Notes: a model not told the origin generated them from the sequence alone. A stretch of DNA of 64,000 nt from Eledone cirrhosa (GCA_964016885.1 OZ024740.1:201624001-201688000), one strand, 5' to 3'; counted from the first letter of the stretch, positions 37,112 to 51,776 are shown. Numbers and translations are program-made.

Positions 37112-38218
37112 CATTGGGTTAGACAGAAAGTTCCTGGCGTTTTTCAAAAAGAGATATTTGGTAGACAGTTGCACATATATAAGAAGTGACATCGCTATAC
37201 ACTATGTGCATTTCTTATTTACTGTTACACTGTCAAAGACAAAGTAATATGGATTTATCCAAATCATTATGACTTCAAATCTGGCCTAAGTGCAGCAGTA
37301 TTGAGTCATCGCATTAACAATGTATTTGGATCACACACCATGCTTAAATGCAGTGCCAGGGATTGGTTCACATGCATCCGCTTTGGTGATTACTGCCTTA
37401 AAGATCGACCTCATGCAGGATACTCGACCTCTCTGGAATGCTTGGGGCATTGAAAACAACCATCCTCAATCACTTGCATGCAATAGGGAAAGTTTCCAAG
37501 GTGGACCAATGAGTGACCCACAATCTGACTGTAATCATGAATGTCAGGCAGCTGAAAATTCTCTGCTGTCCTTCCATCACACAACCATTGTTATTGGTGA
37601 TGAAAAAAGGTGTCTCAACAATAATGCCAAATGCAAGCAATCATGGGTTGATAAAGAGAGAGCACCACAATGGCAGGCAAAGGCTGGCCTCCACCCTCAC
37701 ATGGCCCTACTGAATGTCTGGTGGGACTGGGAAGGTGTCATTCACAACAAGCTGCTCCCAATGAATACCAGCATAACTACTAACATCTATTACAAACAAC
37801 TTGACAGATTGGTGGCAAAATTGCACAGGTGCTCCCACACCATGGTCCTGTTCAAGTCCATGATAACACTCAGCCACATACATCAAGAATGACCCATGAG
37901 AAGCTGATGGAGCTAGGTTGAGAGCTTCTGCCTCACCCACTGTATTCGCCTGACCTTGCACCTACAGACTATCACCTTTTTCTCTCATTGAGCAATGCAA
38001 TGCAATGCAGTCAAATACCTTCTCCAACGAAGACCAGTTAAATCAGTGGCTGACAGAATTTGTTTCATCAAAACCAGAAGAATTCTACAGGGTTGGAATA
38101 ATGTAGCTTCCTAGTGGATAATAATCACAAATGATGGTGATTATTTTGAATTTGTAAAATTTTCTTAAGTCAATAAAAAAAACGTTAAATGGCAAGAACT
38201 TTACACACAAACAAACAT
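37112..38218 (+). pseudogene. Decayed mariner (DD34D) transposon
   Basis: IVIGDEK, LLNVWWDWEGVIH, YYKQLDRL, HDNTQPH, LPHPLYSPDLAPTDYHLF across frameshifts; TIR-like ATTGGGTTAGACAGAAAGTTCC after TA repeats. Confidence 0.92.
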
Positions 38219-38966
38219 ACATGTGCATAAAAAGAAATTGATAAAATAACTACCAAACTTGAAATAATATGTATCAGGATCAATGTGATTAAACTAAATC
38301 TTTCTGTGGTTATGCCCCAGTATGGTCACAGTCTAATGATTAAAACCAGTAAAAGTATAAAAAAAAAGAGTAACAATACATAAATACAGACTGCTGGATT
38401 ATCATCATCATCATTTATGTCTGATTTACTATGCTGGCATTGGTTGGATAAGACTTTTTGAGGCTGTATTCTATAGCCAAATACCCTTCCTAATGCTAAC
38501 CCTTGCTCATCTCCAAGGTCCACATTCATCAACAAGGTTTTTTTGTGAGAGACCAGCAGTTACTCATGCATCAATGATATCCAAATCTCCCTTCATGCCA
38601 TCAATGCTATCCAAAGGAAAGGCAAAAGCTGATAAAACTTAGCACCTGTGTTATCACAGGTGAACTCAGAACAGAAAGGACCAAAAGAGATAAGACAAAG
38701 CATCACACCTGATGCTCTAACTATTCTGCTATTTCACTTGGACTGCTACTTCATCAGCCCCAAAAATGTGAAAGACAAAATTTAGCTCAGTGCAATTTAA
38801 GCTCAGATTGCAGAGAAACAAACCTACTGGCCAAAATACATTTAATACAACATTCCAATGATTGCTAATTAGCTACATTTACTCTAATGAACCATTTGAG
38901 CAAAACATCTATTATCTCAATTGCAACTCCATAAAATTCACATATTATACAGAGATATTCTGGATA

Positions 38967-39184
<218 letters not shown>

Positions 39185-39767
39185 ACATGCGCAGTTGTGT
39201 GTACAGTTGGGATAACGAAGGAATTTAGTTTCAAATTAGATTTTTAATATCGGCAGAAACCCAGGCTTTAAGGGAGGAGTATGGTCAATGAAACCTAATC
39301 TATATCTTAGTTTATCAACCTCCAAAAGTGTGAAAGCCTGAGTCAACATTGGGACACAACTCAGAATATAAAGGAATCACTGACACTGAAAATTACAAAA
39401 CATGTTAACTGTGCCAACCCACTGATCTCTTAAGCTATATGTTAATATATTTCAAATGAAAAACAATGATTTTCTCATTAATATCTCAGATATTGGGGAC
39501 ATATCAAAGGTTCTTAGATAAAATTTCATAAAAGGTTTAATTTTTTGAGGGGGGGGGGGGGGTCTTATCAGGAGTTGCAACCAATAGAGAGTATCAGCAA
39601 TGAAAGGACCAATGGAAATATTGTTTCCTTGGTTCAATTTGACAAGTTCCACCCCATTTGGTTCATGAATGAGGTCTGGGAACATGTCAGTCATTTCCAT
39701 ATATTCATGTCCATATCATTGAACCAAGGGTGGTTTTAGACTAACTCTATAATTATATTATGGTATA

Positions 39768-40345
39768 ACATCATCATCACCGTTTTACATCCATTCTTCC
39801 ACACTAGCATGGGTTAGACAAATTGTCCTGTTGTGGGCAATCCCAGGTCAGGTGACCATGTCTTGCTCATTCGGGAACTGATTTTGGCTTGATTTCTACA
39901 GCTGGATGCCCTTCCTAACACCAACCTCATTTACAGTGAGTACTGGGTGCTTTTTACTGTGGCGCTTACACGACCATTCTACAGTGTCGACTGGGTGCTT
40001 TTTTGTCGTGATACTTCCAGGACCACTTTGCAGTGGGAGGGGGGTTGGCATAGTGTCTATATGCTTCGGCTTGTACCCATGGGAAGTCGGGTCTTCTGTA
40101 TTACTGCATAATGCCAGAGGTCTCGGTCCTGTGTCATCGCCTTTGAGAGGTGCAATTGGGCAAGGTCAGCTATTATCACCTCATCCCAGGTCTTCTTGGG
40201 TCTCCCCACTCCAAGGCTTCCATCCACTTTTAGTGCTCTCCACCTTTTTATGCAGCTGTCATCCTTCATATGCATCACATGTCCATACCAACGCAACCTC
40301 CTCTCCTGCACACAGCATTTGATTCCGTTTATGCTCAGTCTCTCT
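39768..40345 (-). mobile_element. RTE LINE 3' end with UTR and tail
   Basis: VQERRLRWYGHVMHM..GVGRPKKTWDEVI; UTR motif GCTGGATGCCCTTCCTAAC; tail near 39770. Confidence 0.88.
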
Positions 40346-40548
40346 CTCTCAATTCGTTTATATGTATTATAACATTCAAAATTGATAAGATATTTCTCCT
40401 CCTTAGCCCAATCATCATCATGTCCATATCTCCAGTTTGAAAAATATGATAACCATTACTTATAATTAAGGATAACTTGGTAGCTAACACAGACAAGCTA
40501 CACTGGATTGCTGCTCAGTTACATAAGACTGTGTGGCTTCGGCTGCAG

Positions 40549-40584
<36 letters not shown>

Positions 40585-40844
40585 CATAAGATGGCATGTA
40601 AAAGCCATAAAGCTGATTGGAAAATATTCAAACACCAATACACTAAAACCAATATCACACAGACATGTTTCTTTCATTGCTATTACAAAAAGCCAACTCT
40701 ACCCAGTCCCACTCTTTATACCACTGCTACCAGGTCCGCCTTTATAAATCACTCCCTGTGTAGGACCACCCTATATAGCACAGGCTGCCCAGGCCCACCT
40801 TATGTACCTCCACCTACTCAGTCCCATTATATATATTACCCACG

Positions 40845-41052
40845 GTGGATTGGCAGTGGAAGGGCGGTGGATTGGCAGTATCGATAGAGAGTTGGACACA
40901 ATGCTTTGAAGCATAGAGTTACGTCCCTTTATGATCTGAGTTCAAATCCCACCGAGGTTAACTTTGCCTTTCATCCTTACGGGGTCGATAAAATAAAGTA
41001 CCAGTAATGTACTGGGTAATTGCTGGCCTTGTGCCAAAATTAGAAACAATTA
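40845..41052 (+). mobile_element. Meta-like tRNA SINE
   Basis: Matches 1737-1930. Confidence 0.85.
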
Positions 41053-41248
41053 TATATATTACCCACTACTCAGGCAGACCTTATATACTAATCTCTCATC
41101 TTCCCATCCACTACAACAAGGTGAAGGCATGTGGCCTAGTGGTTAGGGTGTTAAACTCATGATGACATAAGTTCATAGGAGACGAGTTAAAAAATCTGCA
41201 TAAGTGTGAACTGTAAATTTCATTTCCTTTTTTCAGTATGTCATACAC

Positions 41249-41555
41249 CAGAGGTCTCCAACCTTTTTTATACCATAGACCGGCTTCATGCCGGACAATC
41301 TTTCCGCAGACTGGTAGTTGCACATGTGTTATTTAAGTGCATTTCGATAAAGAGAGCAATAATAAAAAGAGCAATCTATTAATGGGAAGAAAAAGTGTAT
41401 GATATTTTGAATCTCATGTAAATCTTTTTAATTAAAATCCAGTATTCAATTTATCTATTACATAATTTTAAACAAGTTAATTATTTTGTTGCAGCCCAGT
41501 AGCAAATGATCCATGGACCTGTACCAGTCCGCAACCCGGTGGTTGGGGACCTCTG
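41249..41555. mobile_element. hAT MITE with 8-bp TSD
   Basis: TIRs CAGAGGTCTCCAACC / GGTTGGGGACCTCTG; TSD TCATACAC (41241-41248) and TCATATAC (41556-41563). Confidence 0.88.
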
Positions 41556-42236
41556 TCATATACCACTTATTATTTTGTTTGATACTTCCTTTACAGAACT
41601 GCACCATTTTGGAACTACTTCTCTAGGAAACAGAGATCCATATATATTCCAAACTGAACATCAATTGTACATGTCCAACAACATAGGACAAGTTGATAAT
41701 TGAATTATAACTTAACTGAGATTATCAATATTGATGTTATGTATAGGAGGATATCATAAGAAATACAAGAGTTTATAGAAGGAGATAGATAAAGAAAAAC
41801 ATAGTCGCATCTTTTGTGTTATGTAGAATGAAACTGTGTGTATGTTCATGTGTGTGTGTGTGTGTACACACACACACACATGCATGCTGTAAACTGGTTG
41901 GTGATAGGAAGGGCATCAATCCATAGAAAACTTTCCAAACAAAGGGTTGGGAGAACTCTGCAGTTATGTCAAAGTCATAACTTGTGTCAAAGACATGACA
42001 ACCTCTTTACTGTTGATGCCATGATAAAATGAACTTGGTAAAACACAGAACAGAATGTAAGCGAGAATTTGAGAGAGGAGAGGATGTTTGCAAAAGAGAA
42101 GTAGAAAAAGGAAGATAGGCAAGAGTAAAGAAAAAAATGGGGTTAAGGTAGATAGAAGAGAAAGCATGTTGTTAGTCAGCCATCTTGAATTACTATATGA
42201 ATTAGTACAATTTTTATGAATTAACCATTAGACCAC

Positions 42237-42876
42237 ACGGAGTAGGCAGACCCAGAAAAACCTGGGACGAGCTGATAAATTCCGACCTCACACACTTACA
42301 CCTCTCCAAGACAATGTCACTGGACCGAGACCTTTGGCGGTACTCAGTAACAGAGAAGACCCGCGTTACCTAAATACAAAGTAAAACCTACTACAGTCAG
42401 TAGGCATCTCTAACAAAATACACCCCCGTCCCACCACCCTCACCCCATCCACACCGCCCCTTTCAATGTAAAGTTATGTTGGTGCCACAAAATCCAGGCC
42501 GAAACAAATGAGATCGTGTAGGTGTCACGAAAAAAAGACACACAGTCCACGCTGTAATGTGACCGTGTAGGCAACACGGTAAAAACGTCCCAGTCCCACA
42601 CTGTAAATGTAGTTGGTGTTAGGAAGGGCATCCAGCTGTAGAAAACCTGCCAGACAGTCCACGCTGTAATGTGGCCGTGTAGGCAACACGGTAAAAACCT
42701 CCCAGCCCCACACTGTAAATGTGGTTGGTGTTAGGAAGGGCATCCAACTGTAGAAAACCCGCCAGACAGTCCTATGCGAGCAAGACAACCACTCTTGCCT
42801 CAAGTGGGAAAACTCCCGTCCAAACCCATGCAAGCATGGAACACGGACGTTAAACGATGATGATGATGATGATGAT
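42237..42876 (+). mobile_element. 5'-truncated RTE LINE with 6-bp TSD GACCAC
   Basis: GVGRPRKTWDEL.., internal ~110-bp tandem duplication, (GAT)n tail; GACCAC at 42231-42236 and 42877-42882; empty site at 45387-45392. Confidence 0.9.
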
Positions 42877-42984
42877 GACCACTCCTTAACTTATATGTTC
42901 CAATAAACTGCCTTTGACTATATTACAAACCAGGAGATAGTTTTATAACATTTATAAAAACAAAAGAAATAAAAAATATATATG

Positions 42985-43445
42985 TCATCATCATTTCATT
43001 TTACGTCTGCTTTTTCCCTGCTTGCAATGGTGGGACAGGAACTGATTCTGGCTTGATTTCTACAGCTGGATGCCCTTCCTAACACCAACCTCATTTACAG
43101 TGAGTGCTGGGTGCTTTTTTGCCGTGGCACCTCCACGACCACTTTGCAGTGGAATGTTAGGGATCCTAGTCCCTATCATCTCATTTTTTTCCCTGCTTGC
43201 AAGGGTGGGACGGGAACTGATGCTGGCTTGATTTCTACAGCTGGATGCCCTTCCTAACACCAACCTCATTTACAGTGAGTGCTGGGTGCTTTTTTGCCGT
43301 GGCACCTCCACGACCACTTTGCAGTGGAATGATATGGACCCCAGTCCCTATCATCTCATTTCTACAGCTGAGTAAACTGGAGCAATGCGAAATAAAGTGT
43401 CTTGCTCAAGGAAACAACACATCACCCGGTCTGAGAATTGAACTG
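42985..43445 (-). mobile_element. Composite tRNA-CORE-RTE SINE with duplicated 3' part
   Basis: Near-identical reverse complement of 33075-33365; about 180-bp tandem duplication (43010-43185, 43186-43360). Confidence 0.88.
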
Positions 43446-44576
43446 TGTGTGTGTGAATGTAAATGTGGTTGGCGTTAGATGTGGTTGCCGTTAGGAAGAG
43501 CATCCAGCCATAGAAAACCAGCTAGAAACACTCCTAGATGAGCGAGACATGGTCACTCAACCCAACTTGCCTCTAAATGGGACAAACTCGTCTAACCCAT
43601 GTTAGCGTGGCAGATGGATGTTAATCGATGATGATGATATATATATATATGTTTGTGAGCATGTAAAGGGTGCACATGCTGGTGAAATGCTCAGGAGGTC
43701 TAACATGCATATACACATATACACAGGACACTCTGTAAATGGGTTGGAGTTAGGAAGGGAGGTCCAGCCACAGAAACCATGCCAAACAAAGGGTTGTAAA
43801 GACTTTTCAGTTGTGTGAAGGACATAAACTCCAGTGTGCCGAGACCATGATAAAATGCATTGAGTGCAAACTGTAAAGTAGTTGGTAGGGCATCCAGCTG
43901 TAGAAACTGCCGCCAAACTGGAATTAATGTAAGCAGTAGCTTCAATTAAGTAGTGACTTTGGTCTGTGATGACCCATCCAACCCATACCAGTATGGAAAA
44001 ACAAACACATGATGATGATGATGTCTGTATAAACACACACACCAATTAAAGCCTATTTTCCCTGCTACATATAACTAACTATAGCCACTTATAATTGAGT
44101 ATGACTTGCTTGTATGTACCATGCTTTCCCTAAGGATATAAGGTGTCCAAGCAGTTGTAGGCAGAAAGAGGCACCCTCATGACCCTCCCTCCTTTGATCC
44201 AGCAGAAAAGCCAGGGCAGAAATATTGAGGGCCGCACTAGCACTGGTACTATATCAACCCCAGAAAGCTGGAAGACAAAGCAGACCCTGGTGGGATTTGA
44301 ACACAGTATACAGAAACAACAAACATGTATCTAACACTAACGACTCTGCTAAAGTGACCACTATATTTGAATATACATATATATATATATATATCAGTGT
44401 TTAGATGCACAAAGATTCATACTTTTGTTTTTTGTTTTGTTTTTCTAATTAGGAGCAGTGCCAGAAAGGGTTTCTTGAAGTAGAATGCTTCCTCAAAAAG
44501 TCTCATCCAGCCCATGTTAATATTGAAAACTCAGACATAAAATTGATGATAATGACATTTATATAGCTGTATATTA

Positions 44577-44755
44577 ATGGCAGTATCGGTAGAGGGTCGG
44601 ACGTCATGCTTTCCAGCATAGTTACGTCCCTTTACGATCTGAGTTCAAATCCAGCCGAGGTTAACTTTGCCTTTCATCCTTACGGGGTCGATAAAATAAA
44701 GTACCAGTAATGCACTGGGTAATTTCTGGCCTTGTGCTAATAGTAGAAACAATTA
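44577..44755 (+). mobile_element. Meta-like tRNA SINE
   Basis: Matches 1737-1930. Confidence 0.85.
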
Positions 44756-44862
44756 AATTAAACAATTTACAGTAATTCACCATACAACCAACTCTACCAA
44801 TAAGTCAGTTAAGATGTGTTCACAACCTATTAAGCACATATTTCTAAGAATTACTATATGAA

Positions 44863-45357
44863 CTAGCACAAAGACCACCCTATGGGTGGTTTTCTGCTAG
44901 CATGTGTAGTGTGTATTTTGATATTATACACAAATATATATGCATGTAAATATGATACATCAAATAAAATCGTAATTGACAATATACACAGAAATTGAAC
45001 AAAGCCTATGTTACACTGTCTTCTGTAATCATAATCCATGATATATTAAAAAAAAGACGACATTGTATATAAACTGTATTAGGAGAAAATTAGCGCGGAA
45101 ATATATGCGATTATAAGTGTTATAATATCACGGCCGCTGACAGGAAGTGTTGACATTTGATAATTTTAAAGAATCGAATTTTAAAGATCTTTAAATAAGC
45201 TATAAAATATATTTAATCAACAGCCACGAAATTTAGCAAATAAATTATGTAATATTCATTCATTATTTATTCAAAGTAATCCAACTTATTTTACAAACGG
45301 GGTAAAAACATATATTCTGGACGCAATCCCGCAGACCTTCCTTTATTATAGTTAAGA
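44863..45357 (-). mobile_element. Non-autonomous Helitron, complete
   Basis: Minus strand A|TCTTAACTATAATAAAG...ACCACCCATAGGGTGGT hairpin..GTGCTAG|T; no TSD; empty site at 42201/42202. Confidence 0.9.
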
Positions 45358-45541
45358 TTAGTACAATTTTTATGAATTGATCATTAGACCACTCCTTAAC
45401 TTTTATGCTCCAATATATTGCCTTTGACTATATTACAAACCAGGAGATAGTTTTATAACATATAAAAACGAAAGAAATAAAAAAAATACTGTACAAAATT
45501 TGCTGGCTTTGTGCCTAAATTAGAAACCAGCATTATAGTAT

Positions 45542-45700
45542 GGGTGAATTGGCAGTATCGGTAGTTACGTCTCTTTACGGTTTGAGTTCAAATCTCGTCA
45601 AGGTTAACTTTGCCTTTCATCCTTATGGAGTCGATAAAATAAAGCACCAGTAATGCACTGGGTAATTGCTGGCCTTGTGCCAAAAGTAGAAACAATTATA
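45542..45700 (+). mobile_element. Meta-like tRNA SINE
   Basis: Matches family central domain. Confidence 0.8.
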
Positions 45701-45844
45701 GTATGGTAGATAAAACAAGGATATGAAGCTAAGAAAAGCAGTTGGCCCTTCTGGGACTGTTGCTGGGATGTTAAAATTATATAGTGGAGTAGAGCACAGG
45801 CTAGTCACTCATAAACTAAACCAAGTAGTATAGGGAAGTGACAT

Positions 45845-46148
45845 AACCAATGACTGACATAGTAGAATCCACACTAACTGCTACAAGGATAAAGAAGATG
45901 CACAAGAGAGAGGTAATTACAAAGGCATGAAATTGCTGAATCAGGTTACGAAGGTTACAGAAAGAGGGCTATTAAAACTGATTAAGGACAGAATTAATCT
46001 TGATGAAATGCAGTTTAGCATTATGTCAGAGGAAAGTACTACTAACGCCATCTTCCTAGTGAGACAACTGCAGAAATACTTAGCTAAGAATAAGCCCCTT
46101 TACATAGCATTCATTAACCTGAAAAAGGCCTTTGACAGAATCCCAAAT
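45845..46148 (+). pseudogene. RTE LINE reverse transcriptase fragment
   Basis: GNYKGMKLL..LDEMQF..STTNAIFLVRQLQ..PLYIAFINLKKAFDRIP (RT N-terminal motifs). Confidence 0.88.
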
Positions 46149-46831
46149 GCTGTATACATGCATTTTAGGATTTTTTTAATTCATTATTAGGAGGAACTTA
46201 CAACAGGATACTGAGTTAGAAGACAATATCTTATAGATTTTATAAACAAACTATTTTTGTTAATATCTTATTAACATGTAATATTTTATTAACATATAAT
46301 ATGTTTATTATACATAATAAACATATCGTACATGGATCCATATACACCTTTATTCTGAACCATACTGTTTTTATTAATGCTAAACAATGATTTATAATTT
46401 TTTTTTTTAAATAACAAGATGAATATAACTAATATGTGGCTTTTCTATCAAGAATCTTGATATTTTTACCAATAAATGAGAAATGATATCAAAAATCTAA
46501 CTCTAAGATTTCAGTAAAGCATTTGCCCATCCTGAGATCTAGAAATTTCTATACCCAGATGATATCATCATCCTTAAAAATCCTGCACAACACTGTCTCT
46601 CATGTTACAGCATTACTTCAGCTACAGGTAACTTTATAATCTAGTATAACGTCTAGACTTAACCAAAATATCTTGAAGAAACTGAAAACATATACATCTA
46701 ATTAATTTGGATTTTTTTTTTTTAAATTAGCAGAAAATGAAATTTATTTTCTATTTTGGCTTCTTTATGGATAAACACACATAGCTTAATGGTTAGAGTG
46801 TTTGGCCTAAGATTTTAACCTTTTTATAAAG

Positions 46832-47358
46832 TGCAGGGCGATCAAAATTGACGGAAGTTACGGAGTAGGCAGACCCAGAAAAACCTGGGACGATTTGATA
46901 AATTCCGACCTTACACACTTACACCTCTCTAAGACAATGTCACTGGACCGAGATCTTTGGCGCTAGGCAGTAATACAGAAAACCCGCCTTGCCTAAGTAC
47001 AAAGCGAAACCTACAGTCAGTAGGCACCCCCATCCCACTACCCTACCCCCATCAATACCACCCATTTCTCTGTAAAGTTATGTTGGTACCACAACATCCA
47101 GTGCTAAATAAATGAGGTCGTGTAGGTGTCACAAGAAAAAAATACACAGTCCACGCTGTAATGTGGCCGTGTAGGTAACACGGTAAAAACCTCCCAGTCC
47201 ACACTGTAAATGCGGTTGGTGTTAGGAAGGGCATCCAGCCGTAGAAAACCTACCAGACAGTCCTATACGAGCGAGACGACCAATCTTACCTCAAGTGGGA
47301 CAATTCCCGTCTAAACCCATGCTAGCATGGAAGATGGACGTTAAACGATAATGATGAT
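46832..47358 (+). mobile_element. RTE LINE 3' end (same subfamily as 42237-42876)
   Basis: GVGRPRKTWDDL; shared UTR and GAT tail. Confidence 0.88.
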
Positions 47359-48019
47359 ATTTCTAATGAATGAAACTGCCTATGATTTTCAAATCATTTT
47401 GAAAATAATCAGGAATTTGAAAAAATTTAGGAATACTTTCTCATTATCAGGCTGATGTTTGAAGCATAGCTTAAACATTCTTACATAAAATTATGACGAA
47501 AGGTTTTTACACTTTAAATACTTTATAATAAATACTTCTGTATCATAGAACCATGGTCAGTTTCAAGCAATTTGATATCTAAAGGATTATTTTGTATTTG
47601 GTCATCTCTATGTATGAAGGTGTGCAGTCAAGTGATTACTGTGCTCATCTCACAATCTTAAAGTAATGGGTTTGATTCCTTGACCAGGTGGTGTGTTGCA
47701 TCCTTGAGTGAGACACTTCACATTGTTCCAGTCCACTCAATGGAAAAAGTGGGTATCAGCAGCTGAGGATTAAACCTAGGCATCCCATCCATGAAAGAGC
47801 TTTGTACTGTCAGTCACTTAACACTAATGAAACCAGGATAATATTTTGCCCAACAAGCTTCAGAGCTTAGGACTAACTTCAACATTTTATTAATGTCTAC
47901 ATTACAACAGATTGGTCCAGTTGTTGGAGCACTGAATCAAATACCACAGTATTTATTCCAGCTATCTATACTGTGTTCAAACTTGTAAAAGCCTTTCATA
48001 CTTTCTAAAAATATGTCTA

Positions 48020-48295
48020 AAGTCTTCTCGGGCCCGGAAACTCATTAGGCTGGTGCTTATCTGGGTTTCCGTGGTGTTAAGCAACTGAGAGTAAAGACAC
48101 CCCACCCCGTACAGGACACCGGTCCATCACAGGGTTAAACTGCCAGCTATTGCTGGTACACATTTTCAGCTGAGTATATTGGAGCAACATGAAATGAAGT
48201 GTTTTGCTCAAGAACACAACACACAACTAGGTCCAGGAATCAAACACACAATATTATGACCATAAGTCCAAAACACTTACTACTAAGCTATGTGC
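48020..48295 (-). mobile_element. tRNA/CORE-type SINE with a different 3' part
   Basis: Reverse complement TGTGTTCTTGAGCAAAACACTT core and tRNA-like head near 48295. Confidence 0.6.
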
Positions 48296-49069
48296 CACTT
48301 ACTACTAAGCCACTTTCATATTTTCGGGGGCCAATAAATAAAGTGCTTGTCCAGAGGCAGTGGATTATCAGAATTGTTAACGTGTTGGACAAGATACTTT
48401 GCAGCATTTGCTCCAGCTGTATGTGTCCTTAGTTCAAAGTCCACCTCCTGTCACTGGAAAAGTGGTAATGTTTCTGACATAAGTTGTGACTAACAGAGAA
48501 TATGAATAGAAAGACCAGTGGAAACTTACTTTCCTTGGTCTGATTTAACTATCAGCTACTTTACTTTCTTTTCTTTTGCTATACGGAAAAGTATTTCAAG
48601 AAAAGAGAGCAGAGCAAGAAGACACGCAACAATATGTTTAGAAAAATATTCAACTTAACTTGCAATGTAAAAAATATAAATAATAACATTAAAATAAAAT
48701 TTAACTGTGAAAAGACTTTCCATAATTGTCTTGTTTATTACCTAAACCACAACCAAGTGACAGCAGCCAGCAGTCCTAAATGAATCATACATTCACAACA
48801 AACTACACTAACACCTCTGTATTCATTATAATATATATGCATACACACATATATACATGCGCGTGTGTGTGTACAGAGAGAGAGAGAAATTCCTGTGGGT
48901 GACTGTTTCTTACATATCTAATAATTTAACACAAAGCCAACTACAGATATCTAGCAAACTTTTAGCTTTAATGGCTATGAAGTTTACAAACTTCCTTATT
49001 TAGAGAGTCAAGAGAAAGATTTGTTCTTTCACAAGAATTAGCTTACTTAAAATTAAATTATCATATATA

Positions 49070-49340
49070 CTGACAGAGCTGCTACTTCTCTGAATTGAGA
49101 AATCACAGTTCCGATACTATGGGCATGTGGTTAGAATATCTCAGGAAAGAATTGCTGGACAGCTTTTACGGGCAAAGCCAACTGGCAAGAGACCCAGAGG
49201 TAGACCCTGAGCAAGATGGCTGGATAACATCAATGAGTTTGGTTGGTTTCACTTGGGGATCCAGGCAGATCAGTTGAAAATAGTTGCTTCTGAAAGGACT
49301 CACTGGAAGGAGTGTTTGAGGATTCTTCCCCCATGACCCG
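49070..49340 (+). mobile_element. Decayed LINE 3' end (RTE-related)
   Basis: IEKSQFRYYGHVVRISQERIAGQLLRAKPTGKRPRGRP.ARWLDNI. Confidence 0.75.
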
Positions 49341-49461
49341 ATAGGTAAGCAGCAATGTATATTTTAAACCTTGCTCTGGGCTTGAAATTTACATCATTTA
49401 TTATTATCAATACAAACGCACAGGTAAATATTGGAATTGTAATCAAATATATCTTAACTGC

Positions 49462-49685
49462 TTAACATTTACATTACTCTATAGTTACTATTATATTTTC
49501 ACGGTAAAGACTGTACCTCACATAACTATCTCACATAATATTGAATCTGAGATTTTGATATGAGATTTTGAGAACAATACCTTAACATCAATATGCACTC
49601 ATATTGATGTTAAGGTTACAGCCAGTTTGAACAGAAAGCAATGAGAGAATTCTGGCTGGATACAGCTGGTTTCAATGATAAAAGG
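49462..49685 (+). mobile_element. piggyBac-like MITE family A, degenerate
   Basis: Matches 6607-6832; ends AAAGG|TTAA. Confidence 0.7.
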
Positions 49686-51060
49686 TTAATGATATTTCAT
49701 GAAACAAGTGCTTAAACAGAATTTGTTTCAGCTTTAAAAAAACAAAACCTGCTAGTGATGATATACAGTCTTATGAATTTAAAAGTGCTTGCTTTCCACA
49801 TATCTGAAACATATATGCACAGTTCTCTAACAACTGACTGCCAGTCAATCAAGAGTGGCAATTTAAAAGTACTGATTAATATGTTTGTTCCACACTGTAA
49901 ATGAGGTTGACACTAGGAAGGACATCCAGCGGTAGAAACCAAGCTAAAATCAGTTCTTTTTATGAGCAAGACATGGGCACCTAACCTGGCATTGCTCACA
50001 ACAGGATAACTAGTCTAACTCATGCTAGTGTGGAAAAATGGACGTTAAACGGTGATGAGGATGAGAATGATGAAATGGGGTATGACTTTTCTACTGCTAT
50101 GACTTTCTTCATTATAATTTAAATAATACTTCACTTATTGAATGGTATTTTAATATACAACATAAACCAAGTAGATAGCTAATTGTTGAGAGCATTAAAG
50201 GTAAACACCATAAATACTAATAGTTGCAGACGCAGAATAACTCTCTGTAAAAAGTTTGTTTAAATTAACAATTAGACTTTCGTAATAGTATTCCATTAAG
50301 ATCAATATATATATATATATATATATAAAAACAAATAACGAAACGAAATTAAATTTAACTTAATTATATATATATATATGTATAACAATTAGCAACAGCA
50401 TCAACTCCACACCATGACCATATGGTTAGGAAGTTCACTTTACCATCAGAGGGTTCTAAGTTAAAGAATTAGTGGTTAAATGGCATTTTACTCTAAAACA
50501 CAATAGTCTGGGTATTGAACTAATGACCTTATGATCCTGAGTCCAACACCCTAAACTACTAGGCCATGCACCTTCAAGATTCACTCCATTACAAACATCT
50601 GAATCTAAGTTCCCACTGCAACATCAAGATTTTTCTCCCACCCCCTCTCCTCTGTCTCAGAAGCTCTGAAAGGGTCAAGGATACTGTCCTTCTACTTATG
50701 ACTAAGCCATAATCAAACATAACATAACCATAGCATATAACATGTTCAACAGCTACCTCAGCAGAGATGTCAATATATAAATAATCTCATCAATCATTTG
50801 TGTAAAATCATTGGTTATAAAATACACAAGAAAAAACAGAAAAACAAACATTGATGCCACATAAAATATGTTACAAAGAGACAACATTATGATGTTCTTT
50901 TCCAATAAAGGGTCTTGTCTGAAATATAAAAATTTATTTCATCTCATGGAGTGAATTAGCAGAGTTGATAGAATGAACAAAATTCTGTCCAGAATTTATT
51001 CCATCTCCTTGTGTTCTGAATTAAAAAAAAACAAAAACAGTTCAGGGAGATGATCTAGCA

Positions 51061-51776
51061 CAAGGTTCTCTACCCATTTAGACCAAACGCCCCCTTTTGT
51101 CCCTCGAAATCACGAAAGCCCCCCCCCCCCCTATTTTTTTCATTTTTCAATATACTACTGATTTTTATATCAGTAGATTACTAAAAAATTGATTAACAAT
51201 ATTCCAAAGATGTGTGTATTATCTGATTATGTGTTGTATGTGGTCCTAGATGTGTGTATTATCTGATTATGTGTTGTATGTGGTCCTAGATGTGTGTTCT
51301 ACTCACTTCTGTTTCTTTTCTTTTTTTTATTTGTAATATTATTTATACAATAGGGAATAAAATAGATCTACATAGTGTTAACTCGTTACGGTTGAGTCAA
51401 TAATTTCAGACATGAACTACATTGTTATCGGTGAAGGAAAGATAAGATTCTAACTGGCTGCGCTCAAAGTGTCTTTGACCCAGTTGACTGTGGGTTTTTC
51501 CATTTTTAGGATCTCAATTACCGGACATGCCTGCACAGCTGCAGTCAGACTATAGTTATGCTGTCTGCAAGCTCATTCAAATGCATTCACACTGGCTGTC
51601 TCAAAGACATACAAATATGGCTTATAAAACTTACCAAAATAAAGAGCCTTCCAGCACCCCCCCTGACCCCCTCCCCCAGCTCCAAACGCCCCCCTAACGC
51701 GACCTTGCTCCCAAACGCCGCCCTGCAGTTCTGAAACGCCCCCGGAGGTGCATATGCCCCCCGTTGAGAACCTTTG
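51061..51776 (+). mobile_element. Complete non-autonomous hAT (Charlie-like) element
   Basis: TIRs CAAGGTTCTCTAC / GTTGAGAACCTTTG; TSD ATCTAGCA (51053-51060) and ATATAGCA (51777-51784). Confidence 0.88.

Noticed and set aside
48495-48550. Minus-strand donor AAA|GTAAGT
   Set aside because: Lies in a dispersed repeat also seen near 14340 and 39590.
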